From a virus (Duplodnaviria > Caudoviricetes): 64,000 bases of DNA. Below are positions 55,707 to 64,000 of this stretch, piece by piece. Each line of letters starts with the position of its first letter. The stretch's first letter is position 1. The notes beneath the pieces were generated by a model, which was not told the origin of the DNA, did not search any database, and saw only the letters and a program-made list of their open reading frames with translations. The stretch covers positions 31,134-95,133 of IMG/VR virus record IMGVR_UViG_3300037249_000698. One strand, 5' to 3'. The translations under genes and the position numbers were made by a program.

Positions 55707-55742
55707 GATAGTATTATAACACAAAATTTTATAAATGCAAAT

Positions 55743-56726
55743 CTAGCAATGTTTAACTCTCTTACTAAACTCGTCTAATTTCCCTTTGTTTACAGGTCGG
55801 CTGTTAATCTCTCCGAGGTAACCACATATTCTCCGCAGAGCGTGTAATTTAGCAGGGTCGCTTGTGCCACATTTAGGACAGGTGAACTTTCCATCCTTGA
55901 ACACACTCTCACCCAAAAAACCACAAGTGCAACTATCTATCGGTGAGTTTATCGCAAAGTACGGAACTTTGTCATACGCATAATCCCATAGAGTTTCTAA
56001 TGCCGATAGGTTATGTGACAAGTTAGGTGTTTCAACATAACTGATAAATCCACCGTTCGCCCACTTCGGATATGGAGACTCAAAATCAATCTTTTGGAAT
56101 GGATTGACCTTTACTCGCACATCTAAATGGAATGAGTTTGTATAATACTCTTTATCAGTCACACCTGCAACAATACCAAACTCTTTTCTATCCTTATCTT
56201 CAAAAGTATGCGACAATGATTCGCTCGGTGTTGAATACAGTGAGTACCCCATATTCTCTGCCTTTTTCCATTCCTTACACTTGTTTGACAAGAACTCAAC
56301 AACTCTTTCTGCAAAAGTCTGCATATCTCTGTTATCGGTTAGAGCATCGTCAGATAAGAACGTTTGATGTACTGCTTCATTCACACCTACATATCCTAAA
56401 CTGATACTTGCTCTACCACCGAACAGATACGGATAAATGTAATCATCAGGTTGTAATCTCAACAATGCTCCATATTGCCAACAGATAGGTGCTTGTTTTG
56501 CCTGCACTGATTTAAGTCGTTTCAGTCTCATCTGTAAGCCTTTGTGAGCCAATTCGCACACCTTATCGAGTTCTTTAAAATATTCCTCAATTCTGCTATT
56601 AACATCAGTTGCTTTTAATTTTAGTGCTATTCTAGGCAGATTAACACTCACCACGCCTGCGTTAAATCTTCCCGAATATTGCTTTTCACCTTTTTCGTTA
56701 GTCCATTCACCTAAGAAACTTCTACA
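55743..56726 (-). CDS. nrdD: Anaerobic ribonucleotide reductase NrdD, exon 2
   Basis: Starts CRSFL; GRFN.GVVS.NLP, YSTPSESL, YYTNSFH, glycyl-radical RICGYLG. Confidence 0.95.
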   Translation of the reverse strand, partial: CRSFLGEWTNEKGEKQYSGRFNAGVVSVNLPRIALKLKATDVNSRIEEYFKELDKVCELAHKGLQMRLKRLKSVQAKQAPICWQYGALLRLQPDDYIYPYLFGGRASISLGYVGVNEAVHQTFLSDDALTDNRDMQTFAERVVEFLSNKCKEWKKAENMGYSLYSTPSESLSHTFEDKDRKEFGIVAGVTDKEYYTNSFHLDVRVKVNPFQKIDFESPYPKWANGGFISYVETPNLSHNLSALETLWDYAYDKVPYFAINSPIDSCTCGFLGESVFKDGKFTCPKCGTSDPAKLHALRRICGYLGEINSRPVNKGKLDEFSKRVKHC

Positions 56727-57463
56727 CATTTTGTTCAACATAAGTCGCAACCTTATATCCGTTCTTTACGAACCGCTGTATGTCACCATACAGTTCAGAC
56801 TATATCTTCACTATTTCTAGTGCCTACCATTTCGAGTGCCATTTGCTTGCACCCTACATCGCTACATTCATCACGATTAGTCGTTAGACATTAGATAAGA
56901 AAATTCATAATCATAATTGTTATTGCGTTCTTTCTTCAACACCATCGTAAGGCATTTTCTATTATACCCAAGCTGTTCTGCACATTGTCTAATGCTTTTA
57001 AACACAAGCACCTCTTTTGTGATTTTGTGAACAGCCTGAACCTTATGACAGCGTTCTCTAAACTTATAACAACCATGCTTATAACCGTCAGCGGTGTTCT
57101 GCTGATTTGTACCCCAAGTCAAATTTTCAGCACGACAATCGGTTTTTACATCGTTTTTGTGCATAACCTGTGGCAGATTGTTTGGATTAGGCACAAAGGC
57201 TTCTGCAACCAAACGATGAACATAATGTTCGTAACGCTTGTTGTTTTTATGTAAACCAACCTTGTAATACCCAGTAGTACCTAACCACTGGCAGATTTTA
57301 ATGGTTTTGTTTTTCCTAACAGAAAACACTTCACCGTTTTCGTTTACATAATATCTTTCATATCCAACAATCTTTTTTAACATTTTCTTATCCTTAGTAC
57401 GGTATTGTCTCAATGAGAGTTCCACCGTTTAGATAGGTTTTATATGAGCAGTTTTTAAAGTTT
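56727..57463 (-). mobile_element. Group I self-splicing intron in nrdD (737 nt)
   Basis: Exon ends ...ATGGGU pairing with GCUCAU (P1, U-G); R-like AACGACUA; S element AAGAUAUAGUCU; terminal G; splicing restores ASMG-CRSFL. Confidence 0.92.
56877..57383 (-). CDS. Intron-encoded HNH homing endonuclease (NUMOD4-HNH type)
   Basis: GYERYYV...G.V.S, VHRLVAEAFVPNP.NLPQV.HKN..K.D....NL.W; ATG after AAGGA. Confidence 0.92.
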   Translation of the reverse strand: MLKKIVGYERYYVNENGEVFSVRKNKTIKICQWLGTTGYYKVGLHKNNKRYEHYVHRLVAEAFVPNPNNLPQVMHKNDVKTDCRAENLTWGTNQQNTADGYKHGCYKFRERCHKVQAVHKITKEVLVFKSIRQCAEQLGYNRKCLTMVLKKERNNNYDYEFSYLMSND

Positions 57464-58621
57464 ACCCATGCTCGCTTTAAAACCACCAGTGACCTTAACC
57501 ACTTGATCGTAGTTGAGAACATCGGGGTACATTCTCTTTGAACTACATTCTAAAGCTAACTCTTTTATATCATAGTTCGGGTCTTGTGGCTTTAAATTCA
57601 ATCCACGCTTTAATGTGAATAACAGTTTAGGGAAAATTGCTGTCTTGCGTTCTTTACCCAATCCTTTAATACGTGTTTTCAAAATCCACTTCTGAATTAA
57701 CTTGCTCCATTTGCTTTCACCTAATCCAAAACCTAATGTCACGAATGGAACTTGGGCGTGTGAATTATGTGAACAGTTGATGGAGTACTCCAACTGTTGA
57801 AACGCATCTTCACACTCTTTTTCTGTTTTATCCCATGCAAGTCTATTGAGAATATTCTCATCTAAGTCAAATATACCTGCGTGTTCAAAATCTTTTTTAG
57901 TATTTTCTAGGTATCTGTTATAAGACTTTTCAACGTATGGTGCTAAAACCTCGTCAACCCTATCAACAGTAGTACCGCCGTAATTTTGTGATGATACCGC
58001 TGTGATAATCTGTGACATAACATTTGTAGCCACACGAATTGAGTTAGGTGTAGTAATGTGAGCAGTACCCATTACAAAGCCGTTTTCGAGCATGTCCTTG
58101 ATATTAACAAGGCAACAATTTATGTAGCCACCAGCAGGAGAAAAACCTAGATCATGGAAATAAATATCACCTCGGATATGAGCATCAGCTAATTCTTTAG
58201 GAAGATACTGACTTAACGCCCATTGTTTACAGACTTCACTAGCAATAAAGTCTCTACTAGCACAGTTTGTATTACCGTCAATATTTGCGTTTTCATTCAA
58301 TATCTTAGAACTGTGTTTAGAGTAAATGTCACTGATAATAGATTTAAGACTTCTAGCTGAATTTCGTTTCTCACGGTAATGAGCAAAATTACGCAAGGTA
58401 TAAACACAACCGCACTTACCGAGAGATTGTTCAACCATGTCTTGTATTTCCTCAACGGAATACACAGCAACATCTTCGTTCTTAAATGTATTGCAAAGGC
58501 GTACAACCTGTTCGATAGCCATTTCAACAGGCTCATCGTTTACTTGTGCTTTCTTAATAGCACTCTTAATTTTTTCAGCGTCAAAGTCAACCTTTGAGCC
58601 ATCTCTTTTAATCACTTTCAT
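57464..58621 (-). CDS. nrdD: Anaerobic ribonucleotide reductase NrdD, exon 1 (with ATP cone)
   Basis: VIKRDG ATP cone, ENAN, IYFHDL, NCCL, S.NYGG, IFPKL, RMYPD. Confidence 0.95.
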
Positions 58622-58759
58622 TATTTACCTCACAAAGACAATTAAACCGACCACTTAGGATCGGTTTTGGATAAAGTGTGTAATTAAATATATTACCACA
58701 AATTTATACTATGTAAATATTATTTGCAAATTCAATCATACGATTATCTCACTCCTTGT

Positions 58760-59299
58760 TCATTCTGTGATCTCTACGCCAAATGGAATCCACCTACCAT
58801 CATCGCTTAATAATTCAAAATTTTTAAATAGGTGTTTTGGACTACCTGCTATATTATGACCAAAAAATAAACATCCCTCTCCCGATTCTTCATAGTTTTC
58901 ATCTTCTTCAAGAGCATAACCTAGATACTTTGCTTTATAAAACAAAGTTTTTTCAACATTACATAATAAACATCTAACACAAATAAAATCGTCATTCCTT
59001 GTTGCAAGCATTTCTTCAAATTCTTTAATAGAAAATGGTCTGTATTTATTTTTTACCCATTCATCAGGTAAGAAATAAGATGATTTACCCTCAAAATCAT
59101 CAGTAAATGCTACGACTCTTTGATTATCAATTTCTTTTAAAGTCGCATATTTTAATTGATAGTCAGTGGATTCTAAATCCTGAAATGCACAAAGATAATT
59201 AGCAAAATATCCTTTCTGTCCGATATACTTCTTTGCTATATCAACATCTAAGCAATCTAAAGGTTTTTTACCTTTAATGATTCTCTTATCAAGTTCCAT
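58760..59299 (-). CDS. Hypothetical protein, MELDKRI family (paralog of 62364..62807)
   Basis: Shared N-terminus MELDKRI....PL.C.D...AK...G. Confidence 0.75.
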   Translation of the reverse strand: MELDKRIIKGKKPLDCLDVDIAKKYIGQKGYFANYLCAFQDLESTDYQLKYATLKEIDNQRVVAFTDDFEGKSSYFLPDEWVKNKYRPFSIKEFEEMLATRNDDFICVRCLLCNVEKTLFYKAKYLGYALEEDENYEESGEGCLFFGHNIAGSPKHLFKNFELLSDDGRWIPFGVEITE

Positions 59300-59316
59300 T
59301 CTTGTCTCCAATTACT

Positions 59317-59700
59317 TTATACTATTATTTCGCTACCTGTAATTGTTCTAATAGCACAATCGAAATTCACTCGCTTGATGTAATGTAATGTCTCACCATC
59401 AACAAGTGTAACCCATTCGTGATTTATATACATAACACAAACACCTTTCTTAGAATATGCTTTAAAACGCTCCTGAACATCCCACCGTACTTCTTTAAGT
59501 TTTTGATATGGGTATTTGTCAAAAATCTCTTTGAATGAGTCTATATCAAATAAGCATCGTAACTCTGCTGATTTTAATTCTCTTACATAAGTTTCAGGAA
59601 AGAATATAAACCCATTAACAACAAGTTTTTCATCCTCATACAAGTTTAATAATTCGCCAACTGTGAGATTGTAAAAATCTACATAACTTTCATTTTTCAT
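59317..59700 (-). CDS. Hypothetical protein
   Basis: ORF in a packed minus-strand operon. Confidence 0.65.
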   Translation of the reverse strand: MKNESYVDFYNLTVGELLNLYEDEKLVVNGFIFFPETYVRELKSAELRCLFDIDSFKEIFDKYPYQKLKEVRWDVQERFKAYSKKGVCVMYINHEWVTLVDGETLHYIKRVNFDCAIRTITGSEIIV

Positions 59701-59715
59701 CTTTATTCCATCCAA

Positions 59716-60144
59716 CTATTCTGCTACACTGTTTTTCCATCTTATCTCATAAACAGGCTGTGACGGAAAACACAGTTCATAAGTGTCAACAATCTCATAT
59801 TCGTTATCTTGACAAACGTCTATGAAGAACATATCACTGTCACTTAGCATACCACTACGGAAACTAATTTTATGAGCTATATGGTTATCAACCATAACAT
59901 AGACCCAACCACGATAACCATTATTCAGTAAGTATTCGATAAAGTCCTTAAATGTATCAACACGACGCTTAGTTTGCCTATCAACAAAGGCTTTAAAGAA
60001 TTTCTGAAACTCAATATCTTTGAGAATTGTTATCGGTTCTGCATCTTTAATGTATTTTTTAAATTCGTTGAAATGCAAGAAAAAGTCACGTTCATCAATC
60101 ATATTTCCATTTTTCCCATAAGAACCCAAACAATAAATCCGCAA
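59716..60144 (-). CDS. Hypothetical protein
   Basis: ORF in a packed operon; true start possibly at 60102 (MIDERD). Confidence 0.65.
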   Translation of the reverse strand: MRIYCLGSYGKNGNMIDERDFFLHFNEFKKYIKDAEPITILKDIEFQKFFKAFVDRQTKRRVDTFKDFIEYLLNNGYRGWVYVMVDNHIAHKISFRSGMLSDSDMFFIDVCQDNEYEIVDTYELCFPSQPVYEIRWKNSVAE

Positions 60145-60515
60145 GCTATCATTGTAATCGCACCTATCCCTAACATAATAAGGATTAAATCTGTCTTAAC
60201 ATTATTGATATAGTTAGCCAGTTCGTTACGATATTGTTCTGTCTTTTCTTCAAATTCATCACGGCAACCCTCGTATTTCAAACGTAATTCGTCTAACGCA
60301 GGTGTAGAACAGTTTTGTCTAGCAACGCTTGATACCATTACAACTATTACAATTCGATTATCATCGACTGAAAAATAATCGCCTATAACGTGTTTGCCAT
60401 AAGAATCATCGGTAAGATGATTGCCGTACAGATTGTTATAACCGCTTTCTCGAATACGGACAGGGAATTTATTTTTATACTGTTTTAATCTCACCTCATA
60501 TTCACAGAACAACAT
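60099..60515 (-). CDS. Hypothetical protein with C-terminal TM anchor
   Basis: AAGGAG SD; hydrophobic C-terminus. Confidence 0.7.
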   Translation of the reverse strand: MLFCEYEVRLKQYKNKFPVRIRESGYNNLYGNHLTDDSYGKHVIGDYFSVDDNRIVIVVMVSSVARQNCSTPALDELRLKYEGCRDEFEEKTEQYRNELANYINNVKTDLILIMLGIGAITMIACGFIVWVLMGKMEI

Positions 60516-60525
60516 AATTTTCTCC

Positions 60526-60816
60526 TTATGTTAATGTTAAATCGGTTGACGGTAACGGATGTTCCATAAGCAGTTTTGTTAAAGCAGGCAAATTAGGATA
60601 TGGCTCATCATCGTATTTGCTTAATAATACGACAATCTTTTGTGCGTCTTTGTCAAGAACATACTTATCGAACGATGCAAAATAATCTTTTACAACATAC
60701 AAATCGTAAAATTCATTTTTGATAAAATACCACATCTTTTGATTATAGACAACAAAAACTTTGTTTGTATCTAATCCTATTTTCTGCAATAATTCAACAT
60801 ATTCACGGAATGTCAT
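60526..60816 (-). CDS. Hypothetical protein
   Basis: 96-aa ORF after thyA. Confidence 0.65.
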   Translation of the reverse strand: MTFREYVELLQKIGLDTNKVFVVYNQKMWYFIKNEFYDLYVVKDYFASFDKYVLDKDAQKIVVLLSKYDDEPYPNLPALTKLLMEHPLPSTDLTLT

Positions 60817-60817
60817 A

Positions 60818-61759
60818 TCACACCGCCATTACACCTTTTATAATGCCATCATGCTCATAATTTAACAACTTAAAATCACTTGTCTTTACAGATTTTAAGA
60901 ATGAGTCTATGCTACTATAATCAGCGTTCGCTGGCAACTCTAATTGTGGTAATTTGTGAGGTGTACGACTTAATTGTTCTTTTACTTGGTCAATGTGATT
61001 TTTGTAAATATGGCAATCACCCAAACTTGCAATTAGTTCGTGAGGAACTTTACCTGTAATCTTTGCCACAATATGTAACAGCAGAGCGTAACTAGCAATA
61101 TTGAACGGACAACCGAGGAATAAATCATTCGACCGCATGTTATACATCAGGCTTAATTTATCGCCATCCACATCAAACTGATACGAGAAATGACAAGGTG
61201 CTAATGACATTGTTGGCAAGTCCGCAGGATTCCAAGCCGATACCAATAAACGTCTTGAAACAGGATTGTGCTTAATCTGTTCAATAACATTCTTAACTTG
61301 GTCTATCTCAACAGTCTGATAATAAACATTGCACCCATGAATAGAGCCATCTTGATTATACATTGGGTCTTTTATCTCTTTAACGCCTCTAAAACTTCTG
61401 AATTGACAGCCATAAATTCTCCCAAGTTCACCATCTTTATAGCCAAGCTGAACCCCTTGTGCATTGAAATTTGCAGTCCAAATTGTTCTACGTTCCTTTT
61501 CAGTAAGTTCTGCATAAGGCTTGTTATCGTTCTTAATCTCGGCTAAACGATGTTCATTTGTAGAACCCTCTAAGAACCATAGCAATTCTGATACGACACT
61601 ACGCCATGCGAGAGCCTTAGTAGTTACCGCAGGAAAACCATCAGCCATGTTAAATCGTAACTGTCTGCCAAATACGGAGATTGTTCCTACACCTGTTCTA
61701 TCATCACGAACTGTACCATTGTCTAAAACATCTTGTAATAAATCTAAATACTGTCTCAT
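60818..61759 (-). CDS. thyA: Thymidylate synthase
   Basis: DRTGVGT, ELLWFL.G, SRR..VSAWNP, LAPCH, RS.D.FLG.PFNIASY, HIY.NH. Confidence 0.97.
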   Translation of the reverse strand: MRQYLDLLQDVLDNGTVRDDRTGVGTISVFGRQLRFNMADGFPAVTTKALAWRSVVSELLWFLEGSTNEHRLAEIKNDNKPYAELTEKERRTIWTANFNAQGVQLGYKDGELGRIYGCQFRSFRGVKEIKDPMYNQDGSIHGCNVYYQTVEIDQVKNVIEQIKHNPVSRRLLVSAWNPADLPTMSLAPCHFSYQFDVDGDKLSLMYNMRSNDLFLGCPFNIASYALLLHIVAKITGKVPHELIASLGDCHIYKNHIDQVKEQLSRTPHKLPQLELPANADYSSIDSFLKSVKTSDFKLLNYEHDGIIKGVMAV

Positions 61760-62133
61760 TTTAACTTTAATTCCTTTCTGTTATCTCGTAAAAATCTATC
61801 TTCAACAATGTAAAACCCTACATCATTAGCACTATCAACGTAAGCATCATAATAGATTACTCGCATCTTCATGTAACGTTGCAACTGTTTCCGACTAGGC
61901 TTTATATCATTAACGTGATTATAATCGTTATCATCACTTCTATAAACTATATCAAACTCACCCAATCTTCTTCTAGGAATTGTATGCTTAAAATAAGCCT
62001 CTCGAACATATCTAAGAAAATTCTTTTTAATATCAGGTGTGAATTGTAAGACTATAATGTCAGTATCTTTTGTGTTAATTTTAAGACGTTTTATCGCTTG
62101 TCTAAGTGTTTCAAAACCTTTACTATAATCCAT
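61756..62133 (-). CDS. Hypothetical protein
   Basis: AAGGAG SD. Confidence 0.7.
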   Translation of the reverse strand: MDYSKGFETLRQAIKRLKINTKDTDIIVLQFTPDIKKNFLRYVREAYFKHTIPRRRLGEFDIVYRSDDNDYNHVNDIKPSRKQLQRYMKMRVIYYDAYVDSANDVGFYIVEDRFLRDNRKELKLK

Positions 62134-62135
62134 GA

Positions 62136-62363
62136 TTACTCCTTATAATCTGTCTCGATTTTAACGTTTGCCACGGTATAATTGCGACCGTACTTTTTCT
62201 CTATTTCAACCTCAACAGACCATGACAAGATATTTGCGTTTAACTGTTTTTCAGTGTAGTCATTAGTGTAATTCCCCGAATCGAGTTTCCCATTAACACT
62301 AAAGACTACAATAACACCGTAACAGTTAGCCTCATTAAATTTTTCTAACATGTTACGTAACAT
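62136..62363 (-). CDS. Hypothetical protein
   Basis: 75-aa ORF, AGGTG SD. Confidence 0.65.
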   Translation of the reverse strand: MLRNMLEKFNEANCYGVIVVFSVNGKLDSGNYTNDYTEKQLNANILSWSVEVEIEKKYGRNYTVANVKIETDYKE

Positions 62364-62807
62364 TTATTCACCTAAATTTTCATTAAGCCATTTTTCTAAA
62401 CCTTTGATAAAATCATCAACCTCTTTTTCATAAGCCTTTTTGCTATCGCAATCATCTTTTGTGTTTTCTTTTCGTACTTCAATTCCGTTAAAACGTTCGA
62501 TAATCTTTTCCTGTTCAGCAACCTTTTGACGTAATTCTGTGATTGTCTTTTTCAGAGTTTCAACATCGTTAGGATCTTCTACCCATTCGCAAGGTATAGC
62601 AAAACAAAAGTGCTTATCACCACTCGTAAACGGAGTAGGATAATCCTCAACTGATGTTAATTTTACCTTTGCACATTTATTAAGATTTTCAAACTGCTCC
62701 ATTGCAAAAGAAACATAACACCATTTCCCTACAAACTCTTTTGCCTTTTTAATATCAAAGCAGGTAAGTGGCATTTTGTTAGGTTTGATTCTTTTATCTA
62801 ATTCCAT
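62364..62807 (-). CDS. Hypothetical protein, MELDKRI family
   Basis: Paralogous N-terminus to 58760..59299; coiled-coil C-terminus. Confidence 0.75.
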   Translation of the reverse strand: MELDKRIKPNKMPLTCFDIKKAKEFVGKWCYVSFAMEQFENLNKCAKVKLTSVEDYPTPFTSGDKHFCFAIPCEWVEDPNDVETLKKTITELRQKVAEQEKIIERFNGIEVRKENTKDDCDSKKAYEKEVDDFIKGLEKWLNENLGE

Positions 62808-62809
62808 GA

Positions 62810-63679
62810 TTATTCCTTTAATGTAAATAATTTTTCAACACTATCTGCTACCTTTGTAGCTGACATAAAACTTTTGTGCTTTTTAGACCATACCTCTACA
62901 AATTCGGGTGGCATTGAATATTCAGATACAAATAAATTCTTTTTACCTTTGCACCATTCGTAAAATTTATCATAATCGAACTCATTGTGACAGTATTTCT
63001 TTGTGTTTTTGTACGGAATATCACAATACACTACCGAGTTCGGCTTTATATCAACTTCGTCATAACTTTGATTAGTGCAACTTATATCTTTCAATCCTTT
63101 AATTGCGTATAAACGTTCCAATCCTTCCAAACTCTGTAAAATATTTCTAGGATTATCGGAATCACAATTACAATAATTTTTGATTTTGTTTATATAAGGT
63201 TTTAAAAATCTTTGAAATTCCAATCTCTTTATATGTAAGTCATCAGAAGAAAATACACAATCGTCTATGGGTACAAATTGTTCTATTTCAGTTTTGTTAT
63301 TAAAGAATAAAAAATTATGTACTGCTCGTTTAAAACGCTCTTTATCCTTTGAATAGCAATAAGTCTTTAAATCGTTACCAAATGAAAAACAAATAGCAAC
63401 GTAAGGATCTATTCCTTTTAACTTTTCAAAATCATCTCGGCTAATCCACCTATTCTCATTTTCAAATTCACCATTTACCGCCATTTTAACCCCTTTAAAT
63501 ACCAAAGGGTCTATCTCGTTATAATGAACGTATTTGTACTTACCTGATAGCACCGCACAATGACTTATCGCACCGCCACCACCGAATAAATCATAAAAGT
63601 GTTCAGCAGGAGGCATTTGTTCGATTATGTCTTTTGCTAGTTTGTTTTTACTGCCTTGATACGGCATCCCGAAATTCAT
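62810..63679 (-). CDS. DNA adenine methyltransferase (Dam/D12-class-like)
   Basis: PYQGSK, DLFGGGG (SAM binding), VVYCDIPY (DPPY-like), FVSEY. Confidence 0.85.
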   Translation of the reverse strand: MNFGMPYQGSKNKLAKDIIEQMPPAEHFYDLFGGGGAISHCAVLSGKYKYVHYNEIDPLVFKGVKMAVNGEFENENRWISRDDFEKLKGIDPYVAICFSFGNDLKTYCYSKDKERFKRAVHNFLFFNNKTEIEQFVPIDDCVFSSDDLHIKRLEFQRFLKPYINKIKNYCNCDSDNPRNILQSLEGLERLYAIKGLKDISCTNQSYDEVDIKPNSVVYCDIPYKNTKKYCHNEFDYDKFYEWCKGKKNLFVSEYSMPPEFVEVWSKKHKSFMSATKVADSVEKLFTLKE

Positions 63680-63969
63680 TACTTGTCCTTACTAGGTTTA
63701 AACCATTCTAGTCTATTCGTTTCATAATTAAATCTGATAAACGGCGAATTGCGTTGCGTTAGTCCTGTGCCAAAATAATACTCATCCCTAACATCTTCAC
63801 AAAGCGGATATAGAATATCGTGTATCTGATTTACTAAATCTGCGGTTAATTTCTTTTTACGAAAATCTGTTTGTAGCAACTCCTCTAACTGTATTCTGAA
63901 AACGGTTAAACCTAAATGATAACCGTTCTTAAAATCAGGAGATGCAAATCGTAGTGGATTATCCTGCAT
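63679..63969 (-). CDS. Hypothetical protein
   Basis: GAGGTGG SD. Confidence 0.7.
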   Translation of the reverse strand: MQDNPLRFASPDFKNGYHLGLTVFRIQLEELLQTDFRKKKLTADLVNQIHDILYPLCEDVRDEYYFGTGLTQRNSPFIRFNYETNRLEWFKPSKDK

Positions 63970-64000
63970 CTTTTATTACCACCTCAAATGCTTTATAATT

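Noticed and set aside
58685-58757. Fourth anti-SD sRNA (CACTCCTTG on the + strand)
   Set aside because: No + strand terminator follows; it reads as a minus-strand SD with an 11-codon stump overlapping the nrdD promoter
60818-61759. dCMP/dUMP hydroxymethylase for DNA hypermodification
   Set aside because: The sequence has all canonical ThyA motifs including the dUMP-specifying Asn (PFN)
1-64000. Stop-codon reassignment
   Set aside because: Conserved genes are full length in code 11 and end in TAA, TAG and TGA; the only split gene (nrdD) is explained by an intron
1-64000. tRNA or rRNA genes; integrase/repressor lysogeny module
   Set aside because: No cloverleaf with a T-loop consensus and no recombinase motifs were noticed by eye; they could lie outside the window

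Overview
A 64-kb segment of a lytic-looking siphovirus genome. The embedded Rz/Rz1 spanins indicate a Gram-negative host; the anaerobic NrdD, gammaproteobacterial-type beta clamp and CRP-like boxes suggest an anaerobic gammaproteobacterium (inference). Four blocks: (1) ~0.4-12.6 kb, a very AT-rich early or host-takeover region of about 24 small + strand genes. Most have their own TTGACA-17-TATAAT-type promoter, usually with an inverted repeat centred on the -10 box, and several have a CRP-like box near -61.5. The block is bracketed by G-run/repeat elements and has a distinct k-mer signature. (2) 13-18 kb: GT8-like glycosyltransferase, dUTPase and the lysis cassette. (3) 18-50 kb: terminase, portal, scaffold, capsid, fibre, tail tube, -1 frameshifted chaperone, tape measure and a YuA/KL1-type tail tip. 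(4) 50-64 kb: family B-like polymerase, sugar epimerase, beta clamp, nrdD split by a group I intron carrying an HNH endonuclease, thyA and a Dam-like methylase. The most unusual signals are three ORF-less promoter/anti-Shine-Dalgarno/terminator cassettes that look like antisense sRNAs against translation-initiation regions, the hairpin-in-promoter gene-cassette array with phased CRP boxes, and a strand-polar AAACGGATT motif concentrated in the early block. All family calls come from motif recognition by eye; no database search was run.
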